The position numbers and the translations under genes are program-made. This document shows positions 13,743 through 26,010 of a stretch of DNA of 64,000 bases, in pieces (the first letter of the stretch is position 1; the number at the start of each line of letters is the position of its first letter). The DNA is from Octopus vulgaris. Taxonomy: Eukaryota. The DNA lies in contig OX597821.1 of the NCBI GenBank assembly GCA_951406725.2, forward strand, positions 4,216,001 to 4,280,000, given 5' to 3'. The notes below the pieces were generated by a model. That model saw nothing but the letters and a program-made list of their open reading frames with translations, did not search any database and was not told the DNA's origin.

Positions 13743-13973
13743 GGTGGCGAGCTGGCAGAAACGTTAGCGCGCCGGGCGAAATGCTTAGCCGTATTTCATC
13801 TGCCGTTGCGTTCTGAGTTCAAATTCCGCCGAGGTCGACTTTGCCTTTCATCCTTTCGGGGTCGATAAATTAAGTACCAGTCACGCACTGGGGTCAATGT
13901 AATCGACTTAATACTTATGTCAGTCCTTGTTTGTCCCCTCTATGTTTAGCCCCTTGTGGGTAATAAAGAAATA
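13743..13973 (+). mobile_element. tRNA-derived SINE family A, full length with TSD
   Basis: A-box-like tggcagaaacgttagc, B-box gagttcaaattcc, central gcctttcatcctttcggggtcgataaa; 18-bp direct repeat ggtatgtaagcattgtag at 13726-13743 and 13974-13991. Confidence 0.93.
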
Positions 13974-14350
13974 GGTATGTAAGCATTGTAGAAATATGCG
14001 TATATGTATGAATGTAGGTATGTTGGTGTGTACAAGTATACGCAAAAATATACGTATCATTAACGTATTGTTGTCTTGTATATAACCATTATTCAACAGA
14101 ATCCAGAACCGTTTATATTTGAGAGAAAAGGACTGTCACAGAATCTATTCGGCTGTCAGGAAAGTTCATGCCAATTTTTAAATGAAAGAGAAAGGTCAAT
14201 AAATACTTGCCATTACATTCTAACTCAACCAAATATGAACTATTTTGGTGTGCAATGCGTCTCCATCTTTCCTTTAACTTGAAAATACCCTCTTCTCAGA
14301 ACTGATGAGGTTTCATGGCAAAGAATCTATCAAGATATCTTTTTACGTCA

Positions 14351-15058
14351 TCCGCCAGAGGACCATCATGGTTTCCTCATCTCTGGTTCTGAATGTTCTT
14401 AGGATCCACCCAGCCAGTCGCCTGCACTTTGTCGCCATCCTGGTAATGTGCACTTAGAAAGAGGTATCATCACTCATGTTGATACCCAGGTCCCTCACAG
14501 ACTTAGGCTCTGGGATTGAAATTTCCTGTGGACCGGTGTATCCTGTAAGTTTAATATTCAGTCTGGGATGCTGGTATCGCAGGGTATGGAATTTTTCAGC
14601 ATTAAACTGCATATTATTATCTTCAGCCATCTGTAGATTGAAACCAACTCCTGCTGCAGGTGTGCAACATCACTGGGGTTCTGTATTTTCTGCGAGACTT
14701 TCATATCGTCTGCATAGCTGGCCAGAGTGGCTATCCGGGCATTTGAGGGCATATCTGAGAGGGCCACTCTAAAAAGCAGTGGACCCAAGACAGTGCCCTG
14801 TGGAACACCGCTCATTACTTGTGTGTTCATAGAAGTGGCTCCATTAACCACTACTGCCTGACTCCTATCTTTCAAGAAGTCATGTAACCACATGTATATA
14901 TATGTATATATACATAGACAGCTCTATTATGTTGTGATCCGAGATCATTGTCGGCATCACTTTAACGTTATGGATAATATCCATATTGTTTGTGAAGCAG
15001 AGATCCAGTATAGTATCTGCCCTTGTGCGTTTGCAGAACTATTTGCTCCATGAAAGAG
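14351..15058 (-). mobile_element. CR1-type LINE, two joined fragments (endonuclease end + RT)
   Basis: 14351-14892 [17 protein letters not shown]; 14937-15058 FMEQIVLQT...[10 protein letters not shown]...DH region; closest to the 41875-44575 copy. Confidence 0.92.
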
Positions 15059-15060
15059 GC

Positions 15061-15124
<64 letters not shown>

Positions 15125-15153
15125 CTATATATATGTATATATATATATATGTA

Positions 15154-15201
<48 letters not shown>

Positions 15202-15417
15202 CATATATACATACGTATATATATATACATATATATATATGTATATATATATACATATATACATACGTATATATATATACATATATATATGTATATATAT
15301 ATATACACATATATACACATATATACATATATGTGTAGATATATATATATATATACATATATGTATATAAATATATATGTATATATATATACATATATAC
15401 ATATATGTATATATATT
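15059..15417. repeat. (TA)n array
   Basis: Visible. Confidence 0.97.
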
Positions 15418-15510
15418 GATTGATTTGATTGATTGATTGATTCTAGTTTCAGCTTATGAGCTGTGGCCATGCTGGGGCACCGCCATTTTGTGTTGCTACT
15501 TGGTTTCACT

Positions 15511-18506
15511 TCATGGAGGCTTTCTAGCAGCTGCTATTTGGTGCATGAGAGAGTTCGATGCAGCTGCCCTCATCTGCCCCTCCTGCCGTGAAGTTGGTTC
15601 ATCTGGGACACCTGACAGGAAGAGATCCAGCTTCATTTTAAAGACATCTGTATCCACCCCATGCAGGTCTCTCAGGTTCTTCGGGAGGATATTGAAGAGC
15701 TGTGGGCCTCGGAAGCCCAGGCTATCACAGTATCTTGTCCTACATCTTGATGGCAGGTTTGGAGACCTAGGCACCACGCAGTGGCGCCCAGTTCTGGCAT
15801 TTGCGTAACTCTCGATGCCAAAGTTCAGGACACTTCCCTCCAGGATCTTCCAGATGTATATTATGGCATATCTTTCCCGCCTACGCTCCAGGGAATATAA
15901 TTTTAATCTCTTGAGTCTTTCCCAGTAGCTTACATTCTGCATAGAGGCTATCTTCTTTGTGTAGCTTCGTTGGATCGCCTCAAGTTCTGTGATCAACTTG
16001 ACACTGGATGGTGACCATAGCTGAGAGCAATAGTCAAAGTGGCTTAGGACAAGTGTCTTCCAGAGGACCATCATGGTTTCTTGTTCTCTTGTTCTAAAGG
16101 TTCTAAGAATCCATCCAGCCAGCCGTCTACATTTCATTGTCAGTTTAGCAACATGTACATGAAAGGTCGCGTCATCACTCATGTGAATACCAAGGTCACG
16201 CACTGATTGTGCCTCTGGGATTGCAATCCCTCCGGGTCTAGTGTATTCATTGGGTATTGCATTCAGTTTTGCATGCTGATAGTATAAAGCTTGAAACTTT
16301 CCAGCATTGAACTGCATGCTATTCTTTTCAGCCCACTTGTATATTTCGTCCAGCTCACATTGCAGGTGTTTAGTGTCCTCAGGGTTCTGTATTGCCTGTG
16401 AAACTTTTGTATCATCTGCATAACTTGTGATCGTGGCTCTCTGCGTGGCTGAGGGCATGTCTGAGAGGGCCATTATGAACAGTAGTGGTCCCAGAACAGT
16501 GCCCTGCGGAACACCGCTCACTATTTGTGTGTTAATGGAGGTGGCCCCATTGGCTACTACCACCTGACTTCTATCCTTCAGAAAGTCATGAAGCCATTCT
16601 CCCAGTTTTCCAACTATGTTGAGATCACGCAGTTTGTGACATATCATTCCATGATCGACTTTATCAAAGGCCTTTGCAAAGTCGAGATATATCACTTCCA
16701 CATTTGAGTGGTTGAGCAGCCGTTTCAGCACCCAGTCATAGTGTTGTAGGAGCTGAGTTAAACAGCTTCTCCCTGGTCGGAAACCATGTTGGGTGTCGGG
16801 CAGCAAGTCATTCTCTTCAAGGAAGGTGATCAGCTTCCTTCTGACTATTCGTTCCATGACCTTGCTGATGTGTGAGGTCAGAGAGATAGGTCTATAGTTC
16901 TTGGCTTCCGCTCTGCTACCTCCTTTATGAATGGGGCATATTTTACCTTCCTTCAGTTTTCCTGGAAGTTTGCCAGCTGCAAGGAAGCTCTGAAAGAGGA
17001 ACTGCAGTGGTCTTGCTAGGACTCTCTTACATGCTTTTAGGAGGATTGCCGGGAATCCATCGGGGCCAGTAGCTGAGTCTGTTTTCATTTCATCTATAGC
17101 CTTCGTTACATCGTCTTCCTTTATATCGATGTAATCTATCGTCGCCGCCTCTGATTTTATATCTGCAGTGGTAAAAAAGTCAGTTGGATTGGTGATTTGG
17201 AGATGCCCAAGGGGTGGAGTGAAAACACTCTTGAATTGCTCATTCAGTATTTCACTTACCCTCATTGGTTTTCCTGTAAGTGTGCCATCCTTTTCGAGGA
17301 GTGGCCCTATTCTACAGTGCACTGTAGCTGTTTCTTTGGCATACCTGTAGAAAGCTCTGGGGTTAGATTTTATGTTTTCTATAGCCCAGGCTTCTTTGTC
17401 TGCTCTTTCTTTTTCATGGGAGAGTTGCAGACATTTTTCGATTTCCAACAGTTTTATTTTTAGGCGGGACTTTTCACTGCTTTCAATCTGTTTGTTTAGG
17501 CGATTTGAAAATTTCGTACGCCGTCTCATTAAAATTTTCCTCTCTCTGGGGATTTTGTTCTTGTGTACAGTGGCCTTTCTCTCTGGGACACATTTGTAGC
17601 ATATGGCTTGCATTACAGACATGAATTGTTGAAGTTTCACGTCGATGTCTGGCGAGGAGAGACATTTAGGCCAGTTTTGTTTGAGGATCTCTTTTCAATT
17701 TGTTTCCAGTTTGCCTTATGGTAGTTCAAGCTGGAAAGATTTTGAGGGTTTCTTGTAGGCTGCATGTCCGTGCTCTCTTTTGGCCCGTACATGGTCAGCT
17801 CTATCATGTTGTGATCCGAGAGTAGTGTCGGTGTCATTTTCACATTATGGATGAGATCCATGTCATTTGTGAAGCAGAGATCCAGTGTGTTACCTGCCCT
17901 GGTTGGTTGGAGTATTACCTGCTCCATGTACAGGGTGTTGGTGAGGTTCAGGAGGGACCTCGCCTGTCCTCGTTCACATCTTGTCATTCCTGGGAGAGAA
18001 AGGCCCTCGGGCCATCTGACATTGGGCAGATTGAAGTCTCCCATAAGAAGCACACCTATGTGTTGTTGTAATGTGGTTAGAATTTCTTCTATTTTTATAA
18101 GGCAGTCTTCAAACTTGCCCACATGGCTTGGGGCATCTGGAGGGCGATATGTAGCACACACAACTACATCAAGTTGCCTAATATGTACAATTAGTGTGTC
18201 ACACACCGAGTTTGAGTATGACAAGAGGACCTGGGGTGTGAGGTCCTCACGGATGTACATAGCAACACCTCCATGACTCCTTTCTTTCCTGTCGGTCCGT
18301 AGTACAGCATACTGTGGTATGTGTAACTCCGCATCTGCTATGTCCGGTTTCAGGAGCGTTTCTGTAAGTGCTATGCATATGGCTTGATTGCATGCAACAA
18401 AGTCTCTCAGGAACGGGATCTTTGTCCTGTTACTGAGTGTTTGCATTCCTCTGATGTTCAGTAGGAGTATCGAGGTGAGGTGTACGTTGTTGCCGGCGGT
18501 GTCCAT
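15511..18506 (-). CDS. LINE ORF2 (APE endonuclease + reverse transcriptase), one frameshift near 17693
   Basis: EN motifs LNIRG, ALTET, YRPP, GDFN, LDLCF, SDH; RT motifs [36 protein letters not shown]; CR1-type C-terminus [18 protein letters not shown]. Confidence 0.93.
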
Positions 18507-19154
18507 CCTGTGTCTTTTTGCTGTGGTGGTCTGGTATATAGTGGGTAGTCCCACCTACGGGCTTGGGTTTGATGAAGCCAGGTCAGCTGCTGTACAATCT
18601 TTTGTGCCATGCACAAAAAAGATTGTTGCTCAGCAGCTGCTCTTTCGACAACATCATGTTGGCTGTTTGTGGCGCGCACAACATCTGCGTACCTCCGCTT
18701 TGGGGCAGGTGGTGCGTGGTCCATCCCTTTTCTTTGTGTTGATGGTTTGTCCATCTGCCTCGTGTCTCTGTGGCAGGGTCCCCGATGTGCAAAGCGGCAG
18801 CCTGTACCTTCCTTTCCATGCCAGCAGGAATCTCTCAGGTAGAACATACACACCCGTGTGCGCTGTTTGGTTCCATCCTTTGCGGTTCCACTTCTATTTC
18901 TGGTTGTTGCACTCTTTGGTCCTGCTTGAACTTTTTCTTTTCCTTTAGCTCTTCCAGTCCTTCTTTTAGTTCTTCTTCCTCCCTCTACCTCTTCACCGGG
19001 TTCTCCGTCTCCATGGCCCTTGCTGCCGGTTGGAGAACTTGCACCTGGGTTCACTTCCCGGGCATGTTTCTCATTCAAAACCTCCTCCCGGGCGTCCACC
19101 AGGTGGGGGTGACTTCTTTCATCGTCTCCATTCTTGCCATCTTTGCCCCGCTCG
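18458..19154 (-). CDS. LINE ORF1 (5'-truncated) with CCCH zinc finger
   Basis: [22 protein letters not shown] (C-x7-C-x8-C-x3-H) after a basic stretch; homolog at 2205-2710; frame runs out of the TA array with no clear start. Confidence 0.8.
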
Positions 19155-19300
19155 TATATATATATACAGATATGTATATATATACATATAGATATGTATA
19201 TATATACATATATATATATGCATATATTTACATATATATGTATATATATATGTATATATATATGTATATATATATGTATATATATATATATGTATATGTT

Positions 19301-19337
<37 letters not shown>

Positions 19338-19360
19338 ATATGTATATGTATATATATGTA
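19155..19360. repeat. (TA)n/(TATG)n array
   Basis: Visible. Confidence 0.97.
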
Positions 19361-19723
19361 CAGGCATACCTGCACATTTCAACGTTTCAGATAGCAAATT
19401 AAATGTGGAAATGAAATGATTTATAATAAAATTAAACCTTATAGGATGATAAAGCCATAAAATAACTGATAAGGGAACAGATAGTAATAAAATTTGGTAG
19501 ATGACATGACAATAAAAGAGCTAATAAAACGAAATATTATGGACCAGTAATTAAAGTTTCGATAAAAAATATTTCATTGAAAAAAACGCTACCGTTATTT
19601 AAGATATTTATTAATCTTAGATTTAGAAAGAAAATATTCAAATCCTGATGTGATGCATTATTTCTACAATACTGTTGAGCTGTTCTATGGAAATTTGCTT
19701 GAAATTGGAACATCGAGTTCCTT

Positions 19724-19773
<50 letters not shown>

Positions 19774-19782
19774 TTTTATATA

Positions 19783-20800
19783 TTTGTTGTGCAAGATTTT
19801 TTATGTGAAGTCGTGTGTTGAAACAGATATTGTTATATTTCGGAATGGTCATTTTGCCTGTTTAGCCAATGAAAACACACGCACTATATATTTGGTGTTA
19901 TTTTACTTCAGTGTTATTTATTTTTTACATTAATCTTAATCTTATTTCGGGCAGAGTTCTTTCGTCACACTCCTGTGACCGCATCAGTGGTCCTTTGTTT
20001 TCTTCTTTCTTATTTGTGTCTCACCTTACTAACCGTCAGCCATTTTGTATTTCTATTGTATATCTTCATTTGCGCATGCTTATGTCTCTATGTGCGTCTA
20101 TGTTTATTTAATGTGTGGGGGGATGCCTGTAATATTTGTATCTTCTGTTTATACACGTTCATGTAATATGTTTTTGTTGTTGTTTTTTTTTGTTTAATTT
20201 TTATTCTGTTCATGTGTTTACATCTACTTCTAATTATTATCATTACATATGCTTGTGTGTATGTATGTATGTATAACAACAATACTAGTAATAATAATAA
20301 TAAATAAATAAAAAATCTTTTAAATGAACATTGGAGAGAACTCAAGGAAGGTAAAAGCTCAAAGATTCTGCACCAACACGCCGAACAGGAACACGGGGGA
20401 TCAATCAACAACATAGAAATTAAAATCTTGTCCACACATAGAACAGATGCAACAATCAGACAAATTACAGAAGCTACACACATAATAGAAAATAAACCTA
20501 GCTTGAATAGGAAAGTGGAATGGAACAATAGCACACACCACAACATATGATGGTAGAGGATCCCAATAAACTGGTTACAATATAAACAACACCGAAAACA
20601 TAATAAATAAAATACACAGATTAATAAACAAATAGAAATAAATAACTATATAACATTTTTTATCTGTCTCGATTCGCAAATGTATATAAGGACAAGGAAA
20701 AATGTGTCGAAGCCATCAGGAAGCGTCGATGCTTCCTAGGGCTAAACAGCGGTGGTGTAACCCGCTACTGTCACGTTCACGTTAGATTGACAGTATACAA
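19783..20800. mobile_element. Penelope-like element remnant: pLTR (minus) plus inverted GIY-YIG C-terminus (plus)
   Basis: 19830-20300 matches 57940-58400; 20322-20550 (+) reads NEHWRELKEGKSSKILHQHAEQEHGG...RQITEATHIIENKPSLNRKVEW. Confidence 0.88.
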
Positions 20801-20840
20801 CCATTCTATATATATATATGTATGTATGTATATATATATA

Positions 20841-20896
<56 letters not shown>

Positions 20897-23479
20897 TAAA
20901 TGTAAGCTAATCAGCAGCAAATATTCAAAGATTGAATATTTATATAGATATTAATATTGCTATTATTATCGACAGCCAGATAAATCGACAGCCAGATAAA
21001 TTAATAAGAGCTACATTAATGTAGGTGGTTGTAGGCCTAAAGTACCATTATATAGCTATATAATTAAAATTATATTAATTATAAGGACGCTATTTTACGT
21101 CTGCCTGCTAGAAATGAGCCACCAAATTAACGCTGAAAATTATCAACAGTACCCTTGCGATACGGATCGAAAAATCCCTCACATACCTATATAGCATAAA
21201 GCTATATTGTTTTGGTGTTAGTATATACGTGGACCGCTTCCTGGCCTCGTATAAAAATATTATCTTCCTCAGTACGTATTAACTAGTAGAAAACATTTCC
21301 CAATCTACCACGTTGAAATCTGCTGGCCAGCTGAATTGTTTTGCGGCAAATTAGGAAGGACATTTATTTTATTCCTTACAGGGATAAATATATAAAAAAA
21401 TTAAAGAAGTTGAAAATGCACTCGGAGTATTTTTGACAGTTTATCTTTAAAGGCTTAACCGCTTTCACAAGCTTGTCGGCCTTTCTGATTTTCAAGTTAA
21501 ATGTGATACAACAACTGTGATGCTTATGAATGGAGTTGGAAAATTCTCTTGATTTTATGGAGAGAACATAATTCGAATTAATATCTGTTTAGGACACAGT
21601 TTGCTTTGCAGAGGCTGATCACGTGATTAAGCTCTGAAATTTTTGTAACCCCTTCACTACATTCTTGGTGTAATGTCAATGACAATATTTTGGTGCGGAA
21701 ACTTCAGGCGGACACTGTTGAGCGAACTTGACAAATAGTGACAGTCCGAGATAATCAAGGCTCTCTAAATTTATTCTTTGAATTAGTAGAATGGACAATG
21801 CTTGTTTGTATGTAGTCCTAAAAGTTTGTTAGAATCACTTTCTCGTTTTTGTTTAATGTTTGTGTGGCTCTCTGATGATATATCCGTTGTTATTTGTATT
21901 TCTGCGTAAATGTCTTAGATTATTCGTGTTTGTATTGTGGTATTGTTTGAATAAAGGCAAAGTGGAAAGGCTTTGCAACTTAAGGAAATCATTTGTGGAA
22001 CATATGTCTCAGAAAGAAAAATAATCCCATAGGTAAAGTAATCACCTTTCATTGCATGTGACATACACATACACACAAACATACACACTCATATATTTCT
22101 ATTTATACGTATATACATATTCCAGGTGCATCAGTATATATATATATGCATATAGTGACATGTATATTTTGTATATATTAATATGTATAATATAAAATTG
22201 CATAAAAATTCGTACTTTTATGACATATGCACGTACGGACAAGTAAAATACAGGCACTATAATTACAAATCAAATATCAACCTTTTCGAACCGTATAGTA
22301 GAACGCAGATATGCATAAGGTACACAATCACACAAACACACATACACACAATCATTTCTTATATATATATGTGTGTGTGCGTGTGTGACCGTGTGTGTTT
22401 TGTATGTGTCTGTATATAAGTGTAATTTTGTAATAGTGACGTTCGTATGCATATATGCGTTTTTGTTTCAACTTTTCTTTATATCACGATATTTAGTTTT
22501 CTTCTTAAACTTTGTTTATACACACTCACACCTTCATAAAGCTGTACATCTGATTTTATGTGCTCTTTTTTTTATATAAACTTCGGTATTTGGCCTGTGT
22601 AGGCTCCGAAGATTATTCTGTCTGACATTTCAATATGACGAGGAATGTCTCTTAATCTTCAAGTAAGACGAAATATTTTTGTCAGTTTTTATATTTGTTT
22701 TTAATGAAACAAAATATTACAGTAAGAAATAATATTTAAATGACAAAATCTTTCACTGTGATACTTCTGGATCTAATACGGGTGATAACTCTGATCAAAT
22801 ATGTTCTCATCGTAACCGTTCTATTTTTTCATTTAGTTTTAGCACATCTAAAATATAACTAACTAATACGTCTTTGCTTATTAAAAAACGTCTTTTCTCC
22901 ACTGCTATTTTAATTATATTAAACAGAAAATTTTCAGTCAAAGGCATTCAAGATAATAATTTGTTGCTGTTCCTGGTCATATCGATGTCGATGTTATTAT
23001 TGTTTTGTTTATTGCTGCTTCTTTGCTTCTGTTGATCTGTTTTTGTTTTAATTAGCCTTGTTCATATTCCAGATCAGGTTTATCCCTTTTGAGAGGCACC
23101 TCGAGACAATCAGTCAGTTATGATGCTATCACCTTGGCATCTTGATTTTCACAAGTTAAAAACTTAACGATACAATGTTGAAGTGTCATTCTTTTGTTTA
23201 CACTGTAATGTGTTAGTTAAAGAAATATCAGTTAGCAATTTCAGTGCGGTCCACTAGAACGAAAACATGAAGAAGATTTGCTATGTGAGAAGACATTTCG
23301 CGACTGTACCTAACAGCAATTAAGAAGTTGCCTTGAATTTGGAGAAATTCCCAGCATGCTTGTTCGAAAATGAACTTCGGAGAACCAAAACCGACCCACA
23401 GAAGGAAATTACAGGAGTGTAACTCAGATGTCATTCCCGAACTCAAATGCAAAATAGAAATATAGGTCATGAGCAGTTG

Positions 23480-23640
23480 GGAGTTGAAGAAAGTTGTGCG
23501 ATTCAATCCAGGTGGTGTTCAAAGTAAGCAGAATTATAGGAGAATGGTTACTGACTTCGGACCAGTAAAGAACATAGCAGCAAAGCAAATACTACCAAGG
23601 GATATCATAGACCACCAGGGCACGTGTTTCTAATCTACCA
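23480..23640 (+). mobile_element. Possible very old CR1 RT remnant
   Basis: ggagaatggttactgacttc and accaccagggcac resemble the GEWLHDF and VPQGT coding segments of the other copies at similar spacing. Confidence 0.3.
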
Positions 23641-24037
23641 CAGCTATGTAAGGGGGATAAAAGTTCTTTTGAATGGATTCCTAAAAACAGTTGTGAAACA
23701 CTTTTGGATTGGCTCCAAACACTGCAGGGTGAAAACTAATAACAACATAGCCTCTACTTCCAATCTTTATCTAAGTTTTGACGATGTAAATTGGTAGCAT
23801 TGTAAACAATTTGAAGTCAGGACGGAGAGAACGAAACCAAAAATGAAATCACGCAGTAGGCGTTTGACCTTCCATTAGGGTCAATGTGGACACGTTACGT
23901 ATCACCATGTTCATGTCCATAAACACCTGAATCAGGCGGCCTGAGCTATGTGAATAACCTTGAACACAGAAAGATGGAGAGATAGCCAAGAAGTTAGCTA
24001 TCCCCTTCCCTATGTATCTCACAATACCAACATACAG

Positions 24038-24091
<54 letters not shown>

Positions 24092-24159
24092 TAACAGAAC
24101 GAGATAAAAATCCAAGGCTTGCCTCGGATTTTTTATCGTCAAGATGACGATGAGAAAAT

Positions 24160-24440
24160 TACCATGGCAATAGCTGCTCAGAAACCTACGTAAAGTTGCA
24201 GAAAGATTATGGAGAGAAGTGTATGAGCCGCACACAAGTGTACCAGTGGTTCAGGGATTTCCAAGATGGACGAATAAATACCGATATTCATGAACGTTCT
24301 GCGAGACCCATAGCCAGCAGAACTAAGAAAAACATCGCAAATGTGCATGCAGCTCTGAGTGGAAATCGTTGAACCACCATCCCTGAATTATCAGACGATG
24401 TGCAGATTAGTTACGGTTCAGTTCAGTCCATTATCACTGC
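24160..24440 (+). mobile_element. Mariner transposase N-terminal fragment
   Basis: CSETYVKLQKDYGEKCMSRTQVYQWFRDFQDGR...ERSARP...[18 protein letters not shown]; homologous to 10720-10980. Confidence 0.9.
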
Positions 24441-24489
24441 TGTATACATACATATATATATATATACATACATACATACACACACACAC

Positions 24490-24547
<58 letters not shown>

Positions 24548-24749
24548 GTATATATATACATATATATATATACATATACATATATATGTATATATATACA
24601 TATATATATATATATATGTGTGTGTGTGTATATTTATATATATATACATATAGATATATATATATATATGTGTATGTGTATATATCTATATATACATATA
24701 CATATATATATATATATGTGTATGTGTATATATCTATATATACATATAC

Positions 24750-24781
<32 letters not shown>

Positions 24782-24880
24782 CTGTATGTATATATATACA
24801 TATACATATATATATATATATGTGTGTGTATATATCTATATCTATATGTACATATACTCATATACATATACATATATACG
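24441..24880. repeat. (TA)n/(TG)n array
   Basis: Visible. Confidence 0.95.
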
Positions 24881-25804
24881 CAGCGCACACATACCCAAAG
24901 ACACATATTTACATAAATTTTCCTTAGAGATCGTTTATTTAGGAATTGTATATTACGGCCTATCATAAATCGAAAATGGCCTATACTATTTGGGGTGAAC
25001 GTTCTTTCATTTTTATATTCTTTGCATACAATATTTCGTTTGGAAAGATCTGAAATCTTACATTTAAATTCGTTTTCTTTCTCACGATCTCTTTACCGAC
25101 AGCATAAAAAAAAATATCCGTTTTATAGTTCTCTTTTAAACTTCCATTCAACTGAAACCCATTTTCATAAAGCTTTGTCTTTTGTTTGATTTAACAAGCT
25201 ATATTCCGCTACATATTTAATGGGCTGTTTTCATTTCATATTTAAGGCATTATGCATTGCGCCTTCCTCTCATGCAGAAATGGAAAGGATTACGTAATGC
25301 CGTTTCAAACTGTCTTCCATTCTAAGAATTCAGTTTGAATTAGAGCATAACATTTCACCATTATATATGCGTTTGAGTGTAATACCAACTTGATAAGGAT
25401 TACAAAAATTGACGTCGGTGGAAATGTAAATCATTCACTAGTAAATAATGATTGGTTTGCCCGATATTGTTCATTTCAATGCAATTTTTATCAGTATACA
25501 GGAAGAGATGCATGACTAGAGATCTATAAAGGGTTTCTGACACGTCAAAATAATGCCGAAATATACAAAAAAAATAAATACCTCCCATTCCTCATTTTTG
25601 TTATTCATGTCCTTTATTAGCGTTTGCACAAAAACAGATGCACACACTGACAAGCACCCCACACATAGACACACATACACAAACGAGTGTGCAGAGATGC
25701 TTACATAAATACGTACACAAGTATACATATATATACGTGTGTATAAATATGTATGTATGTGTATGGATGATATATTTATATACACACACACAACACACAC
25801 ACAC

Positions 25805-25861
<57 letters not shown>

Positions 25862-25882
25862 CATATAATAGGCATTCATATT

Positions 25883-25925
<43 letters not shown>

Positions 25926-25964
25926 CATGAAAATTCATATATATATATATGAATTTTCATGGTG

Positions 25965-26010
<46 letters not shown>

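Larger units (their letters stand above)
15418..19154 (-). mobile_element. Near-full-length CR1-type LINE
   Basis: ORF1, EN-RT ORF2, short 3' UTR with a stem-loop and (TCAA)n tail; both ends abut (TA)n arrays. Confidence 0.97.

Noticed and set aside
15511-17640. RT as a retron, group II intron, DGR or defence RT
   Set aside because: APE endonuclease, CR1 C-terminus, 3' tail and many truncated copies identify a eukaryotic LINE.
17847-19402. Plus-strand ORFs opposite the LINE (e.g. 18388-18948, 18770-19402)
   Set aside because: Antisense shadows of ORF1/ORF2 with no recognisable motifs.
20540-20600. SECIS element downstream of the Penelope-like ORF
   Set aside because: The AUGA is not conserved in the 58-kb copy and no clear SECIS helix is visible.
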